64,000 bases of DNA from Candidatus Melainabacteria bacterium 17Bon1m. Lineage in GTDB: Bacteria > Cyanobacteriota > Vampirovibrionia > Obscuribacterales > Obscuribacteraceae. The first letter of the stretch is position 1; the number at the start of each line of letters is the position of its first letter. The translations under genes and the position numbers were made by a program. The notes below the pieces were generated by a model. The model saw only the letters and a list, made by a program, of their open reading frames with translations. It had not been told where the DNA came from and did no database searches. This document shows, piece by piece, positions 40,621 through 49,120 of the stretch. Location of the stretch: the NCBI GenBank assembly GCA_032128875.1, contig JAVLKG010000003.1, positions 577,008-641,007 of the forward strand. Direction: 5' to 3'.

Positions 40621-40745
40621 CAAAATTAGTTTTTAAACGGAAGTTGCGGTGATTTCGCTAAACGGAAAGGGTCTTTAGACCACAGGTACTTGGAATACAG
40701 CTCCTTGTGAATGGAAAGTAGTCGGAGTTGGACCTTACACGCGCT

Positions 40746-41000
40746 TCATAGTGCTAATGGGCACTCTGTCAGTTCTTTCCACTTCCGGCTGAGCAAATCA
40801 GTCAAAGCTTCCAGAGTATTGGTGATTCCGGAATCATGTTCTTCGTTGCCGTTGATGCGGATTCTTGGTGATGACTGGCTGCTGGTTTCGACCAGCTCGA
40901 CGGGAATCGGAAGGCGCTCTTCAGCAATCACCTTCTCCAAAGTATCCCGGACACTGGAATACGAGTTGCAACCGGGTCTGTAAATGAGCTCTACCCGCAT
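40746..41000 (-). CDS. Small thioredoxin-fold-like protein (DUF2703-like)
   Basis: GGAGG SD before ATG 41000; MRVELIYRPGC...SSPRIRING. Confidence 0.7.
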   Translation of the reverse strand: MRVELIYRPGCNSYSSVRDTLEKVIAEERLPIPVELVETSSQSSPRIRINGNEEHDSGITNTLEALTDLLSRKWKELTECPLAL

Positions 41001-41479
41001 ATGATGAAACCTCCTCTCTGCAAAATGAGTGAAAAGGGGATTCCGTGGGCTTCCAGAGAAGCTCACCAAAAATAAAGGAAACCTTAACGCCTTACTTGAG
41101 AGAAGTATAAGCGCAAATTATCAGTTGCCAATATTAATATCCGGGCGAAATGGTTAATCTGCTCTAAGAGAGCTGAAAAGCAAAGCAGGAAGCTTTAGAC
41201 AAAGCTTCCCGGGGGAAGAAGGGGCGCAGGATTGTTTTCTCTCTGTGTCTTATATTCCCTGGTCTTGGCAACTCAAACCTACTTGCTCGATAAAATTTGC
41301 AGTCGGCTGCAGAAACCGCGATGCCTGGAAGAAACTTGCTCAGGGTGCAAAGAAAGCAATTCGGCGTTTGGTGCCGGTTGTTGAAGCAAGACGAATCGAG
41401 TTTTGACCATTTGTTTGGGAAAGTTCGATTACTTAACTCGTTCAAAACCGGCACCAGCAGCTTTATGGCATCACCTGTT

Positions 41480-42790
41480 TTAAGGTGTCATTCGGTTGAT
41501 GTCGCGCGGAAAAAGTGCGGCCAATTTTACGGACGGCAAGCCGAGCAATTGTTTTGCAATGCGCTCCAAGCCGATGGCAAAACCACCGTGTGGAGGCATT
41601 CCATATTGGAAGCACTGCAAGTAGTCCTTGAACGCTTCTGGATCCAACCCTCTTGCCTGCATTGCGCAGACCAGCTCTTCATGTCTGTGTATGCGCTGTC
41701 CGCCGGTGGTGATTTCCAACCCGCGGAAGAGCAAGTCGAAGCTGCGGCTAGACATTTCCGTTTCGGTCGGCAATGGCATGGCATAAAATGGCCTCACGCT
41801 GAGCGGATATCCGGTGATGAAGACCAGATCCGAATTTTCCGTTTTGTGGAAGTGTTCGCAAATGATCTTCTCGCCTTCTGGGTCGAGGTCGGTTTTTTCC
41901 TGAGTGCCTTTTTTCTGATAGCTGTTGATGATCTCGACAGCTTCGGCCAGCGTAACACGAGGAATGGTGCCGATTTGCGGTATCTTGGCGCCCCACAATG
42001 CAAGTTCGTCGGCACAAGATTGAGAGACCTTCTCGAACATATGTTTGACCAACTTGTTGAGTAAGTCCATCAGGTCGTGCTCGTTTTCGATGAACCCCAT
42101 CTCGACGTCCATGCTGATATATTCGTTGAGATGACGGGTTGTATCGTGCTCTTCGGCGCGATAGACCGGAGCAATCTCAAAAACTCGCTCCAGTGCGCCG
42201 ACCATAATCTGCTTGTAGAACTGCGGGCTTTGCGCGAGAAAAGCTTCTCTGCCGAAGTAGTTGAGCTTGAAGAGCTGTGCGCCACCTTCGGTTCCAGTTG
42301 CAACAATCTTGGGAGAGTGAATCTCGGTGAATTGCCTGTCGCGCAAAAATTCGCGGAATGCTTCACAGAAAACAGCTTCTATCTTGAAGATTGAGCGTAC
42401 TTTCGGACTGCGCAATGTGAGCGGACGGTAGTCGAGCATGGTCGAAAGCGACAGTCCATCGACTTTGCTTTGTTTTCCGATTTCTACTGGAAGCGATTGT
42501 GCAGGCGTTGAGAGCAGCGTCAATTTCTTCAGTTGAATTTCGAAACCTTGTCCCTGAGGGCGCGCAACGACCACACCCTCTGCGATGACAGGCGTCTCTG
42601 GTGCTGCTTGTCCCACGACAGCAAGCACCTCTTGCTCATCAGCAACCAACTGCACACTGCCGTCCATGTCTCTGATTACGACAAAGGCGAGGTTGCCCAT
42701 GTCTCTCAGAGACTGGATGTGACCGTGTATACGCACGGTGGCTCCCGTGTGTTTCGACAGCTGGCTAGAGCTGATTTCTTCTGTCATCAT
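41480..42790 (-). CDS. aspS: Aspartyl-tRNA synthetase, short archaeal/AspRS2 type (probably non-discriminating, Asp/Asn)
   Basis: OB-fold LRDMG..FVVIRD, GTEGGA, LAQSPQFYKQ (AspRS rather than AsnRS signature), YRAEEHDTTRHLNEY, GLEITTGGQR, GMPPHGGFAIGLER; 436 aa with no GAD insertion. Confidence 0.92.
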   Translation of the reverse strand: MMTEEISSSQLSKHTGATVRIHGHIQSLRDMGNLAFVVIRDMDGSVQLVADEQEVLAVVGQAAPETPVIAEGVVVARPQGQGFEIQLKKLTLLSTPAQSLPVEIGKQSKVDGLSLSTMLDYRPLTLRSPKVRSIFKIEAVFCEAFREFLRDRQFTEIHSPKIVATGTEGGAQLFKLNYFGREAFLAQSPQFYKQIMVGALERVFEIAPVYRAEEHDTTRHLNEYISMDVEMGFIENEHDLMDLLNKLVKHMFEKVSQSCADELALWGAKIPQIGTIPRVTLAEAVEIINSYQKKGTQEKTDLDPEGEKIICEHFHKTENSDLVFITGYPLSVRPFYAMPLPTETEMSSRSFDLLFRGLEITTGGQRIHRHEELVCAMQARGLDPEAFKDYLQCFQYGMPPHGGFAIGLERIAKQLLGLPSVKLAALFPRDINRMTP

Positions 42791-42829
42791 GACCTTACTC
42801 CTTGTGGTTTTTGGTTAGGTTTTCGTCGT

Positions 42830-42864
42830 AAAAGAAAAACCGCAAGAACCTTGATTCTTGCGGT
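42830..42864 (-). terminator. Attenuator terminator in the aspS leader
   Basis: Minus strand ACCGCAAGAA-TCAAGG-TTCTTGCGGT-TTTTCTTTT: perfect 10-bp stem plus U-tract, 40 nt before the aspS ATG. Confidence 0.88.
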
Positions 42865-42925
42865 CGTAAAGCTTTTTGGTCGTTGCCTGTTTTTACTAGG
42901 TGTGCCGCCTTACTAACCGCAAGAA
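42855..42925 (-). promoter_or_regulatory. Antiterminator helix of the aspS attenuator
   Basis: UUCUUGCGGUU-A-GUAAGGC (42925-42907) pairs with GCUUUAC-GACCGCAAGAA (42872-42855), sequestering the terminator 5' arm. Confidence 0.82.
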
Positions 42926-43045
42926 GCGATTATTATCGTTGTCGTTATTATTATTGTTGTCGACAAAGGCGGGCGATGCGGCGCCGACCATACCCTTGAG
43001 AGGCAGGCGGGAAGGCGCTTTTGCGGTGATTGAATGTACCGGCAT
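42896..43045 (-). CDS. Asn/Asp-rich attenuator leader peptide (49 aa; 31 aa if started at ATG 42991)
   Basis: MPVHSITAKAPSRLPLKGMVGAASPAFVDNNNNNDNDNNRFLRLVRRHT; 11 consecutive Asn/Asp codons at 42929-42961; AGGT SD 6 nt before ATG 43045. Confidence 0.82.
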   Translation of the reverse strand: MPVHSITAKAPSRLPLKGMVGAASPAFVDNNNNNDNDNNRFLRLVRRHT

Positions 43046-43239
43046 CTGATTACCTGAATTACTGTTTTGTATCCACATATAGTGGATTGTGAGTGCGCGC
43101 ATTTGCAACGCCCTCTTTGCTGAATGCTACCGCCGCCATTAGCAGGCGTCAATAGTTTGTGAAATCGGAAACCTGAACTGTTATTAGTCTGTACCAGTCA
43201 GCCAGTTTTGATCTGGTCCGGTATGCAGCGCTAAGGTCA

Positions 43240-44655
43240 TTAGTCGGTTTCAGTTTTTGGTGCTGCTGGTTGGGCTTCGCCTTCACGAGCCAGTTTGCTC
43301 TGATCATCAAGCGAACGCTTCAAATCAAGAGAAATCCAGTCGAAGATAGTGCGATTGCCTTCTGTCGGATTCAACTGATCTTTCAGATGTTTTGTGCCGC
43401 GTAGGGGCTTGTAGCCATCTATGAAAGTGAGGTGATCGATGTTGCGGAAGACACGCGCAGTGCGCACATCAGTCAACGATTTGATACTGGCGACGTCCGA
43501 TTCTTTAGCCAGCGGCATCGAACCGATTACCGAGTTCGGCAGGCACAGAGCGCTCTGCAACGGTGTTATGCCGTCGTTGAGACCGTAGACATATTTCGTT
43601 TTCGCCTTTTCTGTAGCAGATGGATTGCAGACAACCGTCGTTATTTCGCGGTTGAGCATTCGCAATACAGGGTGCTCCAAAGCAAAGTGAGAAGGCACTT
43701 TCAGAGTGAAGAAAGTGTACGGAGCCATGACTCCGCGCTCGATAAACCGCTCTGCTTTCGGCATCAAATAAGGGTTGAGCAAGTATCCGCCGTAAGCAAC
43801 AATTTTCTTCTTGTTGATCGGGCGAGCGTTAAGAGCGAGAAGTTCTCTGTTCTCAGCTTCTGCCACTGTCAGCTTGCCGCTTGGTCCGAAGGGCAGTCTG
43901 GACTTGAACATGCCCACTTCCGGAACGCTCGTGTCAGCGTTGTCCCAGCGCAAATCTGTCATTAACACTGAATTGCGCTTGAAGTAAACGCGATAGGCAA
44001 TGCTATGGTCGATGCGAGTCCAAGGGAAGCAGAGGTTTTTGTAGACACCGTACTGCAGCCAGTCTGTCGAAAATAGCGGCGAGCCGTGGAAAGGAACGCC
44101 GAAGGCCATAAAGAGTTTGATCTTGTCTTCAGTGTCCTTATCGGAGAATGCTTCGTAAGCGACATTACCGCCCATGCTTAAAGCCATCATCGTGATGGGG
44201 CGATTGTTTGTCAGTGTATAAAGCTTGGCAATGACGTTGCGCAATTCCGGCACGGTTTTATCCAACTTGTCTGATGTTGAATAGCGGGCCATGTATATTT
44301 TGAATTGCTTGTCGAGCTGCTGGTCTTCCTTTATGTGCTTGATAACTTTAGTCCAGCGGAAATTGCGGTGAGTCTCACCGTGCAAGCCATGAACCATAAG
44401 CAGAGGTTGGCGATCGCCGAGAGGGGAACTATCATATTCGTAGAGAGTCGCCACCTCAGGCTTCACTCGAAGCTGCTTTAATGTAGGCATAGGAGGCAAT
44501 GCTGACTGCACTACCGGTTGAACCGCTTCAAACTTTTCAGCCGAGCTCGTCAACATTTTTTTCGCCGACTCAGCCCCAAATGCAGACGATGAGAACGTCA
44601 CCGCGCATAACATGGTGGATGCCAAGATGGTTTGAAATCTCGCACTTTGGTACAT
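43240..44655 (-). CDS. Secreted alpha/beta hydrolase (lipase/PGAP1-like)
   Basis: Signal peptide; LLMVHGLHG, ALSMGG nucleophile elbow, GVPFHGSP, NDGITP, IDH. Confidence 0.78.
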   Translation of the reverse strand: MYQSARFQTILASTMLCAVTFSSSAFGAESAKKMLTSSAEKFEAVQPVVQSALPPMPTLKQLRVKPEVATLYEYDSSPLGDRQPLLMVHGLHGETHRNFRWTKVIKHIKEDQQLDKQFKIYMARYSTSDKLDKTVPELRNVIAKLYTLTNNRPITMMALSMGGNVAYEAFSDKDTEDKIKLFMAFGVPFHGSPLFSTDWLQYGVYKNLCFPWTRIDHSIAYRVYFKRNSVLMTDLRWDNADTSVPEVGMFKSRLPFGPSGKLTVAEAENRELLALNARPINKKKIVAYGGYLLNPYLMPKAERFIERGVMAPYTFFTLKVPSHFALEHPVLRMLNREITTVVCNPSATEKAKTKYVYGLNDGITPLQSALCLPNSVIGSMPLAKESDVASIKSLTDVRTARVFRNIDHLTFIDGYKPLRGTKHLKDQLNPTEGNRTIFDWISLDLKRSLDDQSKLAREGEAQPAAPKTETD

Positions 44656-44768
44656 AGCGTAGTTACCGGTTAGTGGAAGCCCCTTACTAATGGCTCAAAA
44701 AGCCATAAATTAGAACCACATTAACAAATTTAAGACAGAAATAGAACCCGTTGGAAAGCGAGATCACT

Positions 44769-46034
44769 ATGGCTAAGTCCAATTTCCGCATTGCCTTCTT
44801 CTACTCCGATACCGGAGGTGGGCACAGGAGTGCGTTCAACGCCATTGAAGCGGCGGTGAAAGAACTGATTGCACGCGATTCCCGCGGATACACATTTGAA
44901 TTGAGTTCCGACACTATTGTTGAAAAGAGCCATCCGATAAACAAAAAGTTTGTCGAACTTTACAACTACCTGCTAGGGCACAAGCAGGAATGGATGAAGT
45001 ACTACTACTGGTTTATCCAGACTTTCAAGCCGAACGATTCAGAACTGGGTTACCTGATTGTAAAACGCTATCTGAGCAAGCTTTTCGCGGAATCAGAGCC
45101 GGACGTGATTGTTTCGGTTCATCCAATGACCAATCAATATGTTGCTCGTGTTCTTAAGGATCTGGGAATGGACGAGCGCGTCAAGCTTTTGACGGTCGTA
45201 ACCGACCCCAACGGCAACTTCTGGCGTGGATGGGCATGCCCGGATTCTGCTTTGACAGTTGTTCCTAACTCTCTGTCCAAACAGCAATTAGTTGAATGGG
45301 GCGTGCCGGCAGAAAAGATTCGGATCGTCGGAATGCCAGTCAATCCGCAATTCTTGAAGCCACCAAAAACCACCCGTAAAGAGTTTATGGAGTCACTCGG
45401 TCTGGATGGCGAAAAGACCACAATTTTCCTTAACGCAGGTTGGGCCGGCGGTGGCAACATGCTGGACATGTATCACCAGTTGAGCAAGACCAAGAAGGAC
45501 ATTCAAATAATCTTTCTGTGCGGGCGCAACGAAGAGCTCTACAACAAGGTTAAGAATGCCGCATCACAGAGTCCTGTACCGACCGCGGTCATGCCTTACT
45601 ACGACAGTTTGGCTGACATCATGTCTCATGTGGATTTGATGGTCACCAAGGCTGGCGGACTTACTACTTTCGAAGCTATTGCTAAGAAATTGCCTCTGGT
45701 TTTTGACACAATCACTGCTCCTATGCCTCAAGAAATGGGTACCGTTCAACTTCTCGTGAAAGAGAATTTGGCATACAAAGTCGAGAAGCCAGAAGATATT
45801 CTTCAAATCGTTGAGAATTTCAAGCCTATTGAAGACAGACAAAATTACAAGCTGCCGACTCGCTACAGCCTCGATCGCACCGAAGCAGTCTACGATATTG
45901 CTAGAATGATCCTTGGTTTCTGTGATCCGAGCTTTTCTCCTGTTTTCGATCCTGCCTCAGGCAGCGTTAGAGAGCCGGTACGTGCCGAATACGGCAAACA
46001 TGCAATGCTCGATATGCAGGGACAGACTACATAG
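44769..46034 (+). CDS. GT28 diacylglycerol glycosyltransferase (MGDG synthase/UgtP family)
   Basis: SDTGGGHRSA, PDVIVSVHP, TVVTD, GMPVNPQF, LCGRNEEL, DLMVTKAGGLT, PQE. Confidence 0.88.
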   Translation: MAKSNFRIAFFYSDTGGGHRSAFNAIEAAVKELIARDSRGYTFELSSDTIVEKSHPINKKFVELYNYLLGHKQEWMKYYYWFIQTFKPNDSELGYLIVKRYLSKLFAESEPDVIVSVHPMTNQYVARVLKDLGMDERVKLLTVVTDPNGNFWRGWACPDSALTVVPNSLSKQQLVEWGVPAEKIRIVGMPVNPQFLKPPKTTRKEFMESLGLDGEKTTIFLNAGWAGGGNMLDMYHQLSKTKKDIQIIFLCGRNEELYNKVKNAASQSPVPTAVMPYYDSLADIMSHVDLMVTKAGGLTTFEAIAKKLPLVFDTITAPMPQEMGTVQLLVKENLAYKVEKPEDILQIVENFKPIEDRQNYKLPTRYSLDRTEAVYDIARMILGFCDPSFSPVFDPASGSVREPVRAEYGKHAMLDMQGQTT

Positions 46035-46076
46035 ATCGCACTGGCGTGCTATCTAATCAGCAAGTGTCCTTTTGAG

Positions 46077-46814
46077 ATGAAACTGCACGTTCGAACATTT
46101 GAGTCCGACTTTAAACAGACAAAGTCGCATCCTGACGTTGTCCTGATCCATGGCACCGGCTCCAGCGGTGAGATGTGGAACAAGCAGCTTGAGTTTCTGC
46201 ACAGGCGCGGTCACAGAGCTTATGCATTCGACTTGCGCGGACATGGCTTAAGTGAAGAGCCTTTCGATATGACCGATCTGGAAGTCCACATTGCAGACGT
46301 CATGGAGACGCTTCAGAGCCTCGACCTCAATTTCCCTATTGTGTTCGTGGGGCACTCACTTGGTTCGATCTTGTCGGTGACCATTGCTGAGCGTCATCCT
46401 GAGATGGTTCAAAGAGTGTTTGCTGCCTCCTTGCCGGGGCGTGTACTGAAACCGATGGAAGTCGCTTTCCGTTGGTTTCTCAAAGGGGCTTTTCCACGAT
46501 TGCAAGCCATGGATTTTGGCGACAAACTTGCCTGGCGCGAGCGGACGTTGTTATCAACGAAAGTGCATACGCTAGAGCAGATCGTCGACAATTTCGGCGG
46601 CGTCAATTTCATCGACCGCAAAATTAACGTCGATTGTCCTGTTCATCTGTCCGTCGGCAGGTTCGATCCGGTAGCTCCATGTGTCTATGTAGAAAACATC
46701 CACAAGGCTTTACCAAAATCGACACTGAAGATTTACGAGTGGAGCGGACACAATTTTATGGATTTACAATTCGAGAGTTTCAACGGGTGGTTGCAACAGC
46801 ACCTCGATGAATAG
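46077..46814 (+). CDS. Alpha/beta fold hydrolase
   Basis: VVLIHG, DLRGHGLS, VGHSLG, GRFDP, SGH. Confidence 0.88.
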   Translation: MKLHVRTFESDFKQTKSHPDVVLIHGTGSSGEMWNKQLEFLHRRGHRAYAFDLRGHGLSEEPFDMTDLEVHIADVMETLQSLDLNFPIVFVGHSLGSILSVTIAERHPEMVQRVFAASLPGRVLKPMEVAFRWFLKGAFPRLQAMDFGDKLAWRERTLLSTKVHTLEQIVDNFGGVNFIDRKINVDCPVHLSVGRFDPVAPCVYVENIHKALPKSTLKIYEWSGHNFMDLQFESFNGWLQQHLDE

Positions 46815-46933
46815 AAGACGGAAAACGGCATTCCATCTGTTTGTTTAGAGAAAACTGCGCGCAGTTGGGTTGGTTGCTCTTTCGTTTCACACTTTGTTTA
46901 GTTGTTCTGTCTGATTATGAGTTGTCTGCCTTG

Positions 46934-47224
46934 TTAGGTTTTCTTTCCTTCGAACATCCAAAGATTGCTTGTAGTGCGGTCTTTCGACCGCTTGCTTTTT
47001 GATGTCTTCTTTTTCTTGTGAGCGATGAACTTCTTCTTTGGTTGTTTTTCACTGTAATTGAAACTGGAACCCATCTCACCCATCGAAGCATCGTTCGATT
47101 CTAGTGTTGGTGATGCCTCCGTGCGAACATCATGAACACCGCGAGCATGCACCTCCTGTGCGGCGATCAATAGAATGGACAAAGCGCTTGCGACAACGAG
47201 GAGTTTTTTGTTTGCTTTTTTCAT
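46934..47224 (-). CDS. Small secreted basic hypothetical protein
   Basis: AGGAG SD, signal peptide, Lys-rich tail. Confidence 0.65.
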   Translation of the reverse strand: MKKANKKLLVVASALSILLIAAQEVHARGVHDVRTEASPTLESNDASMGEMGSSFNYSEKQPKKKFIAHKKKKTSKSKRSKDRTTSNLWMFEGKKT

Positions 47225-47362
47225 AGGTCATCTCCTTGTGAAAATTCGTCTACACAGCAAGGCAAATTTGCCTCACAAATGTAGAAACGTAATTTCTGAC
47301 CAAAAAGTTCAAGCGCTTGACATTAAACCTTCAAAGCCTGGCCACTGGCGGGTTTTGCTTGT

Positions 47363-49120
47363 CTATTTTTTCGTCCGGTTCAACAATGCACTGACCAGGT
47401 CATATTCATTGAACGTTTTATTTCCGTGTTCTTTCACCCACAAAATCATCGGGCTGGCTTCTGCACCCTTATTGCTGGCCAGGAGGTCAAAAGCAACATA
47501 AGTCTTTGCTTCAGTCATTTTGTCGTTGTCTGTTGCAAATCGGAAAACCGCATCAGCACCTATCTGCCCCGCCATGTATCTGACGATTGGATACGGCCAT
47601 TTTTGCGGGTCGAGCATTTGAGCAGATTGAGTTACTAATGCAATTCTTTCTGGTTCATGTCCTAATTGTTTTCTGCAAATGGCAGCCATTATCACCGCAT
47701 ATGGTGCACACGGATCTTTCATTCCGACTTTTGCGAGTGTTTCCATGCACTGTTTATCACATTCTATGTAATCTGCTTGCATGAAGTAAGCGTACATTCT
47801 CCCGTTCATGGCTCCGACCAAATTCGGATCGAGCTTGATTGCGGTAGAGAAATCCTTGATTGCATCATCACACAAACCAAGATTCATATAAGAGTAGCCA
47901 CGGTGGCTAAAAGCATTGGCATTATCTGGAGATAGTCGAACAGCTTCAGAACTGTCCTCCAATGACTTCGAGACATCGTCCAGTCGGTCGTAAATTGAAG
48001 AACGCACCATGTATCCCTCACTGTCATTGGGTGCGGCAGCGACAGCCAGGTCGGCATATTTCAAAGCGTCTTGAAAGTGCCCCAGATCGTTCAGGCGCTT
48101 TGTTTTGAACAGAAGATACTTAGCCTCGTTCGGGCGGGTCTTCAGCGCTTCATCAATGTCAGCAAGAGCTTTTTTATCGTCGCGAAGGGCGGCGTATGCG
48201 AATGCGCGCAAATAGTGCGCCCATGGATCATTTGGACTTTTCTGCAAAAGAACATCTAATAATTTGATGGCATCTGTTAGCTTGCCACTTTTCATTAGAG
48301 CTGTCGGTTCTTTGAACTCTGCAGGAGTTAGTGCTACGGATTGTGTTTTAATGAAGCTCTTCGTGTGTTCGTAGCTTAAATAGAAACCTCCGATCACAAG
48401 GGCCACTAACAGAGTAAGTCCTAAAAAATCTTTCTTCTTCCACTTCGGTTCGCCTTCAAAGTTAGGTGTAATCAGCACACTACATAAAAATCCAGCAGCC
48501 AGTCCGCCGAGGTGTGCCGCGTTATCGATGCCATTTTGAGTGAAGCCTTTGTACAAAACGTATGCAAGAAAGACGACCAAACTGGTCATGTGAGACTTTA
48601 GAAAATCTACTCTGTACCTGCTTCTATTTGCAATCAAGAATCCCATCCACAAACCGAGCATTCCAAATACAGCGCCAGAAGCGCCGGCAGATGTCTTCAA
48701 TGGATTTGAATAAATACTTGCAAGCGATGCGATTATTCCCGTGAAAAAGTAGGTGATCGTAAACTTTGGACTGCCGAATTGCCTTTCTACATTTGGACCC
48801 AGCTGACCAAGCACCCACATGTTCATAAAACAGTGAAGCAATCCGATGTGTACAAAAATGTTGGTAAGGATGCGCCAGTATTCTCCATTCATCGCTTTGA
48901 TGCCCTGATCGGCACCGAAGTTCATCAAAACCTGATTGCTGGGACCGAGAAGGGCTTGCGATCCCGTGAAAACAGCCATCACAGCAAACACGATGATGTT
49001 TGCGGCGATAAGCCCACCTGTCGCTGGAGTGATATATCCGGACTTAGACTCTTCTTTGCTGTCGCTTTCCAAAGTCAGTTCCTGGGCTTGAACTAAAGAT
49101 TCAGAACGTCCTTCAGCCAA
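47363..49120 (-). CDS. Rhomboid intramembrane serine protease fused to TPR/NlpI-like domain
   Basis: GEYWR...FVHIGLLH..MN, SAGASGAVFG, IDNAAHLGG; multiple TPRs. TTG start overlaps the upstream gene. Confidence 0.88.
   Translation of the reverse strand: MAEGRSESLVQAQELTLESDSKEESKSGYITPATGGLIAANIIVFAVMAVFTGSQALLGPSNQVLMNFGADQGIKAMNGEYWRILTNIFVHIGLLHCFMNMWVLGQLGPNVERQFGSPKFTITYFFTGIIASLASIYSNPLKTSAGASGAVFGMLGLWMGFLIANRSRYRVDFLKSHMTSLVVFLAYVLYKGFTQNGIDNAAHLGGLAAGFLCSVLITPNFEGEPKWKKKDFLGLTLLVALVIGGFYLSYEHTKSFIKTQSVALTPAEFKEPTALMKSGKLTDAIKLLDVLLQKSPNDPWAHYLRAFAYAALRDDKKALADIDEALKTRPNEAKYLLFKTKRLNDLGHFQDALKYADLAVAAAPNDSEGYMVRSSIYDRLDDVSKSLEDSSEAVRLSPDNANAFSHRGYSYMNLGLCDDAIKDFSTAIKLDPNLVGAMNGRMYAYFMQADYIECDKQCMETLAKVGMKDPCAPYAVIMAAICRKQLGHEPERIALVTQSAQMLDPQKWPYPIVRYMAGQIGADAVFRFATDNDKMTEAKTYVAFDLLASNKGAEASPMILWVKEHGNKTFNEYDLVSALLNRTKK

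Noticed and set aside
40626-40748. Possible selenocysteine readthrough: the TGA stop of the small Trx-like gene is followed in frame by SAC (UxxC-like) and 39 sense codons ending just before the hairpin
   Set aside because: No convincing bacterial SECIS follows the UGA, the family's redox Cys is N-terminal and already Cys, and an open stretch this long arises often by chance.
41369-41456. tRNA, tmRNA or 6S RNA (minus strand ends in ...AACCGGC-ACCA)
   Set aside because: No T-loop or cloverleaf, and too short for 6S or tmRNA; kept only as an unexplained hairpin.
42791-43150. T-box riboswitch upstream of aspS
   Set aside because: No GGTGG-ACC T-box motif on the minus strand; the leader-peptide attenuator explains the structure.
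42913-43152. Alternative-frame ORF with a Thr/Ile run (STTIIITTTIII), mimicking a thr attenuator
   Set aside because: It is the shifted reading of the same Asn/Asp codons, has a poor TTG start, and Thr/Ile has no link to aspS.
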